64,000 nucleotides of DNA from contig CALABV010000051.1 in assembly GCA_937886325.1 (NCBI GenBank), positions 7,754-71,753 on the forward strand, written 5' to 3'. A program made the position numbers and the translations under genes. Shown in pieces: positions 36,005 to 44,407 of this stretch (positions within the stretch are counted from its first letter, which is position 1; each line of letters opens with the position of its first letter). Origin of the DNA: an uncultured Geobacter sp. Lineage in GTDB: Bacteria; Desulfobacterota; Desulfuromonadia; Geobacterales; Geobacteraceae. A model generated the notes under the pieces. That model was not told the DNA's origin. It did not search any database and saw nothing but the letters and a program-made list of their open reading frames with translations.

Positions 36005-36514
36005 ATGCGCACCGAAACTGGAAACTGGTATGCCCTCCATGTCAAGCCTCGCCATGAGTTCGCGACCGACAGCGAGCTGACCCGCAAGGGCATAGCAACC
36101 TGTCTGCCCGCTGTCACAAGGCTCAGGCAGTGGAAAGATCGGAAAAAACTGGTCGATTTCCCCCTCTTCCCCGGATATCTTTTTGTCCGCGTCGAACCAT
36201 GTCATGAAGATTTCAATCGCGTGCTCCGGACTCCCGGCGCGCTGACCCTGCTTTCCACGGTTCCGGGCACGCCGACACCCATCCCCCCCCACGAGATTCA
36301 TTCGCTCATGCTCCTGGTGGAAAAAGCGGGAGACATCGATGTCTACCCTCACCTGACGCCGGGGACCAGGGTACGGGTCCGGAGAGGGATCTTCACGGGG
36401 GCGGAGGGTGTCCTGGTGAAGAAGGAAAGCCATCTGCTGTTTGTCGTCAGCATCAACATCCTGAGCCGGAGTGTGGGCGTGAGGATGTACGCAGATGATC
36501 TGGAAGCGGCCTGA
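36005..36514 (+). CDS. NusG-paralogue transcription antiterminator (UpxY/RfaH-like specialised NusG)
   Basis: NGN domain WYALHVKPRHEF..DFPLFPGYLFVRVE and KOW motif GTRVRVRRGIFTGAEGVLV. 169 aa, preceded by a 110-nt spacer. Confidence 0.85.
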   Translation: MRTETGNWYALHVKPRHEFATDSELTRKGIATCLPAVTRLRQWKDRKKLVDFPLFPGYLFVRVEPCHEDFNRVLRTPGALTLLSTVPGTPTPIPPHEIHSLMLLVEKAGDIDVYPHLTPGTRVRVRRGIFTGAEGVLVKKESHLLFVVSINILSRSVGVRMYADDLEAA

Positions 36515-36637
36515 GGCGGTATTCCGGTCGCTGCATTGCAGGAGAATCGGACCAAAAAAGTGCAATAATCCTTGTCGGTTACGAACGCTCCTGTAACCGA
36601 GGGGGCGGAGCCGTATCACACGCCGGCGCACGTCGCA

Positions 36638-37447
36638 ATGGAAACAGCCATATCTCCCCACTTCAAAATCCTTTTCATTACCCAGGACGACCCCTTCTAC
36701 GTCAGGCTGTTCTTCGAGGAATTCTTTTCAGCCTGTGACGACAGGGAGGAGATCGCGGGGGTGGTGCTGGCCGCGCCCATGGGCAAGAAGAACGCCGCCG
36801 CGCTGGCCCGCCGGATGCTGGACTTCTATGGACCGCTGGATTTCCTGCGGGTCGGTTCTCGCTATGCCGCGTATCGTCTCGGGGACACGATGGCCGGCCT
36901 GACTGGGTGCAGGAAGTCCTTCAGCATCGGGCGACTCTGCAAGGGGTACGGCATTCCCGTTCTTCGGGAAAGCAGGGTCAACTCACCTGAATTCCTGCAA
37001 AAGGTCGCGGAAATCGCGCCGGACCTGATCATTTCCGTGGCCGCGCCGATGGTCTTCAAAAAAGAGCTGCTCGCCGCGCCGCGGTGCGGGTGCATCAATA
37101 TCCACCACGGCATGCTCCCCCGCTACCGGGGGATGCTGCCCAATTTCTGGCAGATGTACCACGGCGAAAAACGGGCGGGCATTACGGTCCATGAAATGAG
37201 CGAGAAACTGGACGACGGAGGGATAATCATCCAGGAAGAGGTGGAGATAGGGTCGGACGAGACGCTGGACGCCCTTATCCGGCGAACCAAGCGGCTGGGC
37301 GCACGGGTCATGATCCGGGCAATCGGCCTCATCAAGGCGGGCGAGGTCTCCTATCGCCCGAACCGCGCGGAGCAGGCTTCGTACTTCACGTTCCCGTCGC
37401 GACGGGATGTGCTGGAATTCAGGCGCAGGGGAAAGAGGATCCTATGA
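36638..37447 (+). CDS. Formyltransferase-family protein (Fmt/ArnA N-domain-like)
   Basis: INIHHGMLPRYRGMLP matches the N-x-H-x-SLLP-x-x-RG formyltransferase motif. Start taken at METAISPHFKILFITQDD; the TTG at 36572 is an alternative. Confidence 0.8.
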   Translation: METAISPHFKILFITQDDPFYVRLFFEEFFSACDDREEIAGVVLAAPMGKKNAAALARRMLDFYGPLDFLRVGSRYAAYRLGDTMAGLTGCRKSFSIGRLCKGYGIPVLRESRVNSPEFLQKVAEIAPDLIISVAAPMVFKKELLAAPRCGCINIHHGMLPRYRGMLPNFWQMYHGEKRAGITVHEMSEKLDDGGIIIQEEVEIGSDETLDALIRRTKRLGARVMIRAIGLIKAGEVSYRPNRAEQASYFTFPSRRDVLEFRRRGKRIL

Positions 37448-39426
37448 GCCGGGGCATGTTCGGCATAGTCGACTTCACCACTCCGGTCGATGAGCGCGAC
37501 GCAACAGCCATGGAAGCCTTTCTCGACCGTAATACCGGCCGCGAAGAAAAGACTGCCGTTGCCTGCGGCACACACTACTTCCTTGCCATGAAGCGGCCCG
37601 CTGGCGAGGTCCCCCGGCGACAGCGCGAAATCGCCGGGAACCGGGAGACAGGGACTGCCTGCATCATCAACGGCGAGATACATAATTGCCCGGAGCTATG
37701 GGACGAACTGGGCGAGGATGCTTCCTCCCACGCCGGCGACCTCGACCTTGCCCTGCTTCTCTATCTCCGCCACGGCCGGGACTTCGCGAAAAAGATCAAC
37801 GGCCTCTTTTCCCTCGGCGTTCTGGACAGCCGGGATCCGTCGTTCCGGCTCTACGCGGACCGCTTCGGCATGGCCCGACAGGTGTACTGGACCACGGTCG
37901 GGACCAGGCTCTTTTTCGCCACCCATCTCAAGACGCTGCTGGCCTGTCCCGGCGTCGGGAAAGAGCTGGACCCCGAGGGCCTGAACCTGTTCCTGAAATA
38001 CGCCTACATCACCTCGCCGTGGAGCATCTTCAAAGGCATCAGAAAACTGCAACCCGGCCACCTGCTAACCTTTCGCAAGGGAAAGGCAGAGGAGGTTCCC
38101 TGGTGGGATTTCTCCGCGGCAACGACCACCGTCTCCGACTGGGACGATGCCGTCAGCCGCTACCGGGAAATCCTCCGGAGGTCCATTGAACGGCGGCTCG
38201 GCGACCCGTTACGCACCGGCATCCTGCTGAGCGGCGGCCTCGATTCCAGCGCCAACGTGGCGCTGGCCGCCCGCTGCACCGACCGGCAGCTCACCACCTT
38301 CGCCATCGGTTTCGAGGACCCGCGCTTCGACGAGCGGCCCTATGCCCGCATCGTGGCCGATTATTTCGGGGCGAGGCATCACGAATACACCATCACCGGC
38401 AACGAGATAGAGGATCTGCCGACGCTGCTCTGGCACATGGAGGAGCCCTATTTCGAATTCGGGCTTTTCCTCACCTACCGCGGCCTTGCCGCGGCGGCCC
38501 CGGAGGTTGACGCGGTCATCGGCGGCGAGGGCGCCGATCAGATGTTCGGCACGGGCGGCTTTGCCGGGGCACGGCCGGCCGCTGCCCAGTATCTGTTGCG
38601 CAGGTCCGGGCTCATGGGAGCGGCCCGCCGGTTCGGGCGACTCCTGCGAGGCCCCTTTTTCTATGACCGGGACACCTGGGCCTTCAAGCTCAGGCTTTTC
38701 TGGAACCGGGCAACCGACCTGAACGACTGGTACTTCTACGGCTACGATGAGCATGAACTTCTCCGGGCCTGCCGGAACCCCGACATGGCCCGGGTGCCGC
38801 GCATCTTCGACGGACAGCAGGTGGATGCCTCGTCATTCGCGGCCCTGTACCGCAATACCCAGATCCACCAGGACATCCGCCACTACGTCAATGAAAACGT
38901 CATGGTGAAATCGGGCCGCATGGCCGATATGCTCGGTATTACCCTGCACGAGTCCTTTCTCGATACCGAGGTTGCGGACTTTCTGGTGGGCCTCGAATTT
39001 TCCTACAAGCGCGGCGGTGATCTGGTCGATCACCTGCGGGGGCGGGCCGTATCCAAACTGCTGCACCGCAGGGCTATGGCGGGGATCCTCCCCGAGGAAA
39101 TCCTGCACAAGCCGAAACAGGGGGGATTCGTGCCGGTGATGCTCTTCCTCCGTGACGGGAGCCTGCGGCGGAAAATCTACGACTACCTCCTTCGCTCCAG
39201 GGTCATGGAAGAATATTTCAGGAACGACTACCTGAAATTCCTGTTCGCCTCCTACGAGGAACACCAGTCGAAACCGGTATCCTGGGCCAACTTTCTCAAC
39301 TCCAAGGCCAACCGCATCCTCTTTCTCCTCACCTTCGACATCTGGCATCGGTATTACCTGGAAAACGACCCGCTACAAGTGGAAGTGACAACCTTGAGCG
39401 AGTATCTGGGATCGGCGAACGGCTGA
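37444..39426 (+). CDS. Asparagine synthase (AsnB) family amidoligase lacking the N-terminal Cys nucleophile
   Basis: PP-loop GILLSGGLDSS and an AsnB-like C-domain are intact. The N-terminus reads MSRGMFGIVDF instead of MCGI. ATGA overlap with the formyltransferase stop. Confidence 0.85.
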   Translation: MSRGMFGIVDFTTPVDERDATAMEAFLDRNTGREEKTAVACGTHYFLAMKRPAGEVPRRQREIAGNRETGTACIINGEIHNCPELWDELGEDASSHAGDLDLALLLYLRHGRDFAKKINGLFSLGVLDSRDPSFRLYADRFGMARQVYWTTVGTRLFFATHLKTLLACPGVGKELDPEGLNLFLKYAYITSPWSIFKGIRKLQPGHLLTFRKGKAEEVPWWDFSAATTTVSDWDDAVSRYREILRRSIERRLGDPLRTGILLSGGLDSSANVALAARCTDRQLTTFAIGFEDPRFDERPYARIVADYFGARHHEYTITGNEIEDLPTLLWHMEEPYFEFGLFLTYRGLAAAAPEVDAVIGGEGADQMFGTGGFAGARPAAAQYLLRRSGLMGAARRFGRLLRGPFFYDRDTWAFKLRLFWNRATDLNDWYFYGYDEHELLRACRNPDMARVPRIFDGQQVDASSFAALYRNTQIHQDIRHYVNENVMVKSGRMADMLGITLHESFLDTEVADFLVGLEFSYKRGGDLVDHLRGRAVSKLLHRRAMAGILPEEILHKPKQGGFVPVMLFLRDGSLRRKIYDYLLRSRVMEEYFRNDYLKFLFASYEEHQSKPVSWANFLNSKANRILFLLTFDIWHRYYLENDPLQVEVTTLSEYLGSANG

Positions 39427-39432
39427 ACCGCA

Positions 39433-40257
39433 ATGAACCGTCTCACCCAACCGGCCAAGGGGCCGAGAGTCCCCATCCTCATGTATCACCAGGTCGTAGA
39501 GGACGGCGAACGGAACAGAAAGGCACGGCGTACCAATCCCGCTTATACGGTGACTATCGACCGTTTCCGGGAACAGATGGGCTGGCTGGCCGAAAACGGC
39601 TACCGCTCGCTGACGCTGGATGACGTGTTGGCTCCGGGCTGCCCGCTGGAAAAGGGCGTGGTCATCACCTTCGACGACGGCTGGGCCGACAATTTCTCCC
39701 ATGCCCTGCCGATCCTCGGGGAGTTCGGACTGGGCGCAACGGTCTTTGTCGTTACCGGTTTTGTCGGCACGACGGGCTACCTGGACTGGGAGCGGCTGCG
39801 GGAAATGTCCGGGTGCGGCATCTCTCTCCAGTCGCACACGGTCAGCCATCGGCCCCTGGAGGAGTTGGGAGACGATGAGGTGGCGGAAGAACTGGGCGCG
39901 TCGAAGAAAGCCCTGGAAGACCGTCTGGGGACCGCGGTTGATTTCGTAAGCATGCCCCAGGGGTCGTGGAACCGGAGAATTCTGGGAGCGGCCCGGGCGG
40001 CCGGGTACCGCGGCGTCTGCACGTCGGAACCGGGCTTCCGCCATTCCCTCGGCACGCCCGCGGTCTTCTCCCGCATCAATGTGGCGGACAGCATTCCGAT
40101 TTCGTTCTTTGCCCGGATAGCGCGCATGGATCGAAGCTTCATTCTGCCGGTCCTCGCCGCCACCAAATTCAAACGGGCGGTGCGGTCTCTCGTGGGATAC
40201 CGAATGTATCGACTCCTGTACCGGCTCCGTTACCGCATCAATGAGGAAGGGCGATGA
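39433..40257 (+). CDS. Polysaccharide deacetylase (NodB homology domain), paralogue 1
   Basis: ILMYHQV.., VITFDDGWADN, LQSHTVSHRPL. Confidence 0.85.
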   Translation: MNRLTQPAKGPRVPILMYHQVVEDGERNRKARRTNPAYTVTIDRFREQMGWLAENGYRSLTLDDVLAPGCPLEKGVVITFDDGWADNFSHALPILGEFGLGATVFVVTGFVGTTGYLDWERLREMSGCGISLQSHTVSHRPLEELGDDEVAEELGASKKALEDRLGTAVDFVSMPQGSWNRRILGAARAAGYRGVCTSEPGFRHSLGTPAVFSRINVADSIPISFFARIARMDRSFILPVLAATKFKRAVRSLVGYRMYRLLYRLRYRINEEGR

Positions 40258-40338
40258 GCCCAAAAAGGGCAACCACACGGGGTTGCCCCTACACGAGAGG
40301 CCATCCGGAACGTAACATCGAATGAGAAGCGCACCGAC

Positions 40339-41322
40339 ATGAAAACAGCCCTTACCTACAGCGCGACCACCGACTATCCGGCCCATCGGGAAGGGATGCT
40401 CGACCTGTATCAAAGGTCCTACGGCAAGGAAAACCAGGCATTCTACGACTCATTCTATGCCGGCAACCCCTTGGGGGAACCGTTCCTCTTTCTCTGCCAC
40501 GACGGGAACACCCTCGTGGGCCAGGAGAATTACCTGCGCCAGTCAGTTGCCTGCGACGGCAGGCTCCTCTCCGCGGGACTCGGGGTCAACACCCTCGTGG
40601 ATTCTCGCTACCGTCTCCTGCACGGGGTTTTCGGCAGGCTCTGCGCACTTTCCCTGGAAAGACTGGCGGGAGAGTTCGACATGCTGTGCGCGTTCGCCAA
40701 CGAGGAATCGAAGAAATACTATCTGAAAAACTACGGCTGGCAGGTTGTCGCAAAGGTGCAGGTATACAAGAAGGCAACCAGGTTCTCCGGGTTGCGCGCG
40801 GAAAGCCTTCTTTCCCTGCTCCGGCCGGGCGGCAGACGCACCGGGCTCAGGCTGGCGCGGACCGATGAGTTCGACCCTTCCCTGCTCGATCCGGTCATCG
40901 AACACTGCCGGGCAGGCTCCCGGTACATCTGCTTCCACAAGACAGCGGCCTTCCTGAACTGGAAATTCCTGCGCAACACCCACTACCTGATACACGGCTA
41001 CTACATCATGTCCGGGGACCGGATCAGCGGCTACTGCCTGACCTATGACAGCGGCATCGAGCGGAGGGTCATCGATCTTCGCATTGAGGGTGATGATAGC
41101 GTACTCATGGACAAGACAGTGGCGACACTCTCGTCCATGACCAGGGAAGACGGGTTGTCGCGCCTCGTCATCCACGCCGTTCCGGGTTGCTGGTACGAAA
41201 AGACCCTCAAACGCCGCTTCTTCATCCGCCGCTGGGAATACGATTGTATCGCCCGTCCTGTGAGGGAAGAGCTCCCGTCCGGGGACTGGGTCATCCAGTT
41301 GGGAGATTTCGACATGTTCTGA
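40339..41322 (+). CDS. FemAB/GNAT-like acyl- or aminoacyl-transferase
   Basis: 327 aa; size and position before the ACP/ligase pair match my recollection of the PEP-CTERM-associated FemAB-related family. GNAT-like core ..CAFANEESKKYYLKNYGW. Confidence 0.6.
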   Translation: MKTALTYSATTDYPAHREGMLDLYQRSYGKENQAFYDSFYAGNPLGEPFLFLCHDGNTLVGQENYLRQSVACDGRLLSAGLGVNTLVDSRYRLLHGVFGRLCALSLERLAGEFDMLCAFANEESKKYYLKNYGWQVVAKVQVYKKATRFSGLRAESLLSLLRPGGRRTGLRLARTDEFDPSLLDPVIEHCRAGSRYICFHKTAAFLNWKFLRNTHYLIHGYYIMSGDRISGYCLTYDSGIERRVIDLRIEGDDSVLMDKTVATLSSMTREDGLSRLVIHAVPGCWYEKTLKRRFFIRRWEYDCIARPVREELPSGDWVIQLGDFDMF

Positions 41323-41373
41323 ACGGGAGAGGATGGTCCCGGTTTTCCACACATTCCGAAGAGGTGAAATTGC

Positions 41374-41610
41374 ATGAGCATCGAGGAACAGCTGACAACC
41401 TATTTTCGCGAAAACTTTGCCGCTGATGTGGATGGCGAGACCGCGCTTATCGAATCCGGCCTCATCGACTCCATGGGGGTGATGGAGCTTGTGGAGTACC
41501 TGGAACGGTCGTTCGGCATCGAGATGGACATGGACGACCTGACCGTGGACCGGTTCGGCACCATCACGGCAATCAAACAGCTGATAACCGAGAAACAGGA
41601 GGCGATGTGA
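41374..41610 (+). CDS. Acyl carrier protein
   Basis: 78 aa, acidic, with phosphopantetheine-site context GLIDSMGVMELV. SD is GAGGTG. Confidence 0.85.
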   Translation: MSIEEQLTTYFRENFAADVDGETALIESGLIDSMGVMELVEYLERSFGIEMDMDDLTVDRFGTITAIKQLITEKQEAM

Positions 41611-43166
41611 GCATGCGTCCGGCACTGGTGCACCACCTGATTGAGCGGACCGCGGCGCGGCTGCCGGACAAGGTTGCCGTGCGCCATCTGGGCAGGGACA
41701 CAACCTATGGAGAACTCCTGGAAGAATCCCGCCGCATGAAGGAATTCCTCCTGGATGAGGGAATCCGAACCGGTGATCGCATCGGCATTTTCCTGGAGAA
41801 GTCGGTCGAACAGCTGACAGCCATGTTCGCCGTTTCCATGGCGGGCTGCGTGTTCGTGTTCATCAACCCCATCCTCCGGCAGGAGCAGATAGACTACATC
41901 GTCAGGGACTGCGACATACGGCTGCTCGTCACCACCGGCGCCCTGGCCCGGAAGAACAGCCTTACAAGCCCCGGCACGCTGCTGTATGTGGATGAGAACG
42001 GTCCGGGCGGGTTTCCCTGCTGGCCGCGGATCAGGGACCGCTTTCCCGCGGTTCCGGGAACGGTGCGCCGCATTCCCGACGACACTGCCTGCCTCATCTA
42101 CACCTCCGGTTCCACCGGCATGCCCAAGGGGGTGGTGGTGCCGCACCGCACCGTGGTCGAAGGCGCGGAAATCGTGAGCGGCTACCTGGGGATCACCGAA
42201 AACGACCGCATCGTGAGCGTGCTCCCCTTCAATTTCGACTACGGACTCAACCAGGCGACCACCTCGATCCTGCACGGCGCCACGCTCGTCATGCACCAGT
42301 TCATTTTCGCCAAGGACCTGTTGAACCTTCTCCGGGACGAGGAGATCACCGGCTTTGCCGGGATGACCCCCATCTGGGCCAAACTGTTCGGCGGCAAACA
42401 CACGCTGAAGGCGGAGATGAGCTTTCCCGGGCTCCGCTATATCACCAACACCGGCGGCAAGGTTCCGCGGATCGTGGTGGAGCGGATCCGGGCGTTTTTC
42501 CCGGACACAAAGTTATTCCTCATGTACGGCCTGACCGAGGCTTTTCGCTCCACATTCCTCCCTCCCGAGGAGATAGAGCGGCGGCCCGACTCCATCGGCA
42601 GGGCCATCCCGAACGTGGAGATCCTGGTCGTAAACGAGAAGGGGGAGGAGTGCGCTCCGGGAGTCCCGGGAGAACTGGTCCACCGGGGCGCGCTGATAAC
42701 CCGTGGCTACTGGAACGACCCCGAGAAGACGAGGCAGGTGTTCCGGAGAAACCCCCTTCTGAACGGCCGGGAACACCTGAACGAGACGGTCGTCTACTCG
42801 GGCGATCTGGTGAAAAAGGACGAGGACGGCTTTCTCTACTTCATCTCGCGCAGGGACGAGATGATCAAGACATCGGGGTACCGGGTCAGCCCCACCGAGG
42901 TGGAGGAGATCCTGGTGGAGATACCGGGCGTGAGCAATGCGGTGGTGTTCGGCCGCGAACTGGAGAGCGGGGACCAGGGCATCATCGCCGTGGTGGAGAC
43001 GGACAGCTCCGACACGAAACATCTTCTCGCCGAATGCCGCAGGCGGCTGCCCGCCTACATGGTTCCCCACGAGATCAACTGCGAACCGGAGTTCCCGAAA
43101 ACCGCAAACGGCAAGATAGACCGCTCGTTCCTGAAGAGCAAGTGGCAGGGAGGCATGGACGGGTAA
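41607..43166 (+). CDS. AMP-forming acyl-CoA/acyl-ACP ligase (adenylate-forming superfamily)
   Basis: AMP-binding motif LIYTSGSTGMPKGVVV, SGDLV..DGF, and a C-terminal K in TANGKIDR. The GTG overlaps the ACP stop (GTGA). Confidence 0.9.
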   Translation: MSMRPALVHHLIERTAARLPDKVAVRHLGRDTTYGELLEESRRMKEFLLDEGIRTGDRIGIFLEKSVEQLTAMFAVSMAGCVFVFINPILRQEQIDYIVRDCDIRLLVTTGALARKNSLTSPGTLLYVDENGPGGFPCWPRIRDRFPAVPGTVRRIPDDTACLIYTSGSTGMPKGVVVPHRTVVEGAEIVSGYLGITENDRIVSVLPFNFDYGLNQATTSILHGATLVMHQFIFAKDLLNLLRDEEITGFAGMTPIWAKLFGGKHTLKAEMSFPGLRYITNTGGKVPRIVVERIRAFFPDTKLFLMYGLTEAFRSTFLPPEEIERRPDSIGRAIPNVEILVVNEKGEECAPGVPGELVHRGALITRGYWNDPEKTRQVFRRNPLLNGREHLNETVVYSGDLVKKDEDGFLYFISRRDEMIKTSGYRVSPTEVEEILVEIPGVSNAVVFGRELESGDQGIIAVVETDSSDTKHLLAECRRRLPAYMVPHEINCEPEFPKTANGKIDRSFLKSKWQGGMDG

Positions 43167-44407
43167 TGGAGCTCAACGAGCGTAACGGAAAGCTCTGCGT
43201 GGGGGATGCCTCCTTCGAAGAAATCGCCGAACGCTTCGGCACACCGTTCTACCTCTACGACCTGGACGGGGTGCGGGAACGGGCAGCCGCGGTTAAACAG
43301 GCCTTCGGCCAGGGAATCGAACTCCTGTTCGCGGTCAAGGCAAACCCCAACACGGAATTGCTGCGGGGTATCCGGGACAGCGTGGACGGCCTCGACATCG
43401 CTTCGACCGGGGAACTGCACCGGGCTTTGGAAGCCGGATTCCGCCCGGACACGATCAGCTTTGCCGGGCCGGGCAAGACGCGGGCAGAACTGCGCGAGTC
43501 GCTCCGGCTCGGGGTCGGCATCATCAGCGTCGAATCGGTGCGCGAGCTGCGTGATCTCAAGGAACTCTCAGAAACGGAGGGCGTTCGGGCGCCCGTCACC
43601 ATCCGCATCAATCCGGCCCTGACGGTAAAGGAGTTCGCCGTCAAGATGGGCGGCAAGGCGACACAGTTCGGCATTGATGAAGAGGATGCGGGCGAGGCGG
43701 CGGACTTTATCAAGGGCAACCCACACTGTTTCGACGTGCTCGGCATCCACGTCTACGCCGGCACCCAGTGCCTCGACGAGCAGGCCCTGGCAGCCGGCCT
43801 TGCCGACACCCTGCGCATAGCCGCAGAGATGCGGGAGCGGCACGGCATCGAATGCCGGGCCATCAACGTCGGCGGAGGGTTCGGCGTCTCCTACTATGAC
43901 GAGGGACGGGCGCTCGACCTGGGACTGCTCGCCCGATTATATACCGACGAGCTTGATCGGTACCGCCGCGAAACGGGAACCAACCCGCGCTTTCTCCTGG
44001 AACTGGGGAGGTACCTGGTAGCCGAAGCCGGCATCTACGTGGCGCGGGTCGTCAGCGAGAAGCGGTCGCGGGGGGAGCAGTTCTATGTCCTCGACGGCGG
44101 CATGAATCACCACCTGGCCGCTTCGGGCAATCTCGGAGCGACGCTCCGGAAGAACTACCTGGTCCGGAATCTTTCCCGGCCCGGCGCGGAAAAGAAAACC
44201 TGCACCCTTGTCGGACCGCTCTGTACGCCCCTGGACCTGATGGGAAAAGGGGTTACCGTCGAATCGCCGGAGGTGGGAGACCTGGTGGGTTTCCTCAACT
44301 CGGGCAGCTACGGGTACAGCGCCAGCCCCCTGTTGTTTCTGGGGCATGAGCCGCCGAAAGAAATCATAGGTTTTGGCGGAAGCCTCAAAGTGGATGACGC
44401 TGAATAA
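43166..44407 (+). CDS. PLP-dependent decarboxylase, Orn/DAP/Arg decarboxylase fold (group IV)
   Basis: Start MELNERNGK at the TAATG overlap with the ligase stop. PLP-lysine motif FAVKANPN. Also GGGFGV and a C-terminal beta-barrel domain. Confidence 0.88.
   Translation: MELNERNGKLCVGDASFEEIAERFGTPFYLYDLDGVRERAAAVKQAFGQGIELLFAVKANPNTELLRGIRDSVDGLDIASTGELHRALEAGFRPDTISFAGPGKTRAELRESLRLGVGIISVESVRELRDLKELSETEGVRAPVTIRINPALTVKEFAVKMGGKATQFGIDEEDAGEAADFIKGNPHCFDVLGIHVYAGTQCLDEQALAAGLADTLRIAAEMRERHGIECRAINVGGGFGVSYYDEGRALDLGLLARLYTDELDRYRRETGTNPRFLLELGRYLVAEAGIYVARVVSEKRSRGEQFYVLDGGMNHHLAASGNLGATLRKNYLVRNLSRPGAEKKTCTLVGPLCTPLDLMGKGVTVESPEVGDLVGFLNSGSYGYSASPLLFLGHEPPKEIIGFGGSLKVDDAE

Noticed and set aside
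36515-36521. GGCGGTA, 7/8 of the RfaH ops core, just after the NusG paralogue.
   Set aside because: A specific 7-mer is expected several times by chance on two strands of 64 kb. The ops sequence is defined for enterobacterial RfaH, not for this paralogue. I kept it only as a pointer inside the NusG finding.
42650-43165. 172-codon N-terminal extension of the decarboxylase ORF overlapping the ligase gene.
   Set aside because: It is out of frame with the clearly coding ligase and is Arg/Gly/Pro-rich. The decarboxylase homology begins at MELNERNGK (43166) with a TAATG junction.
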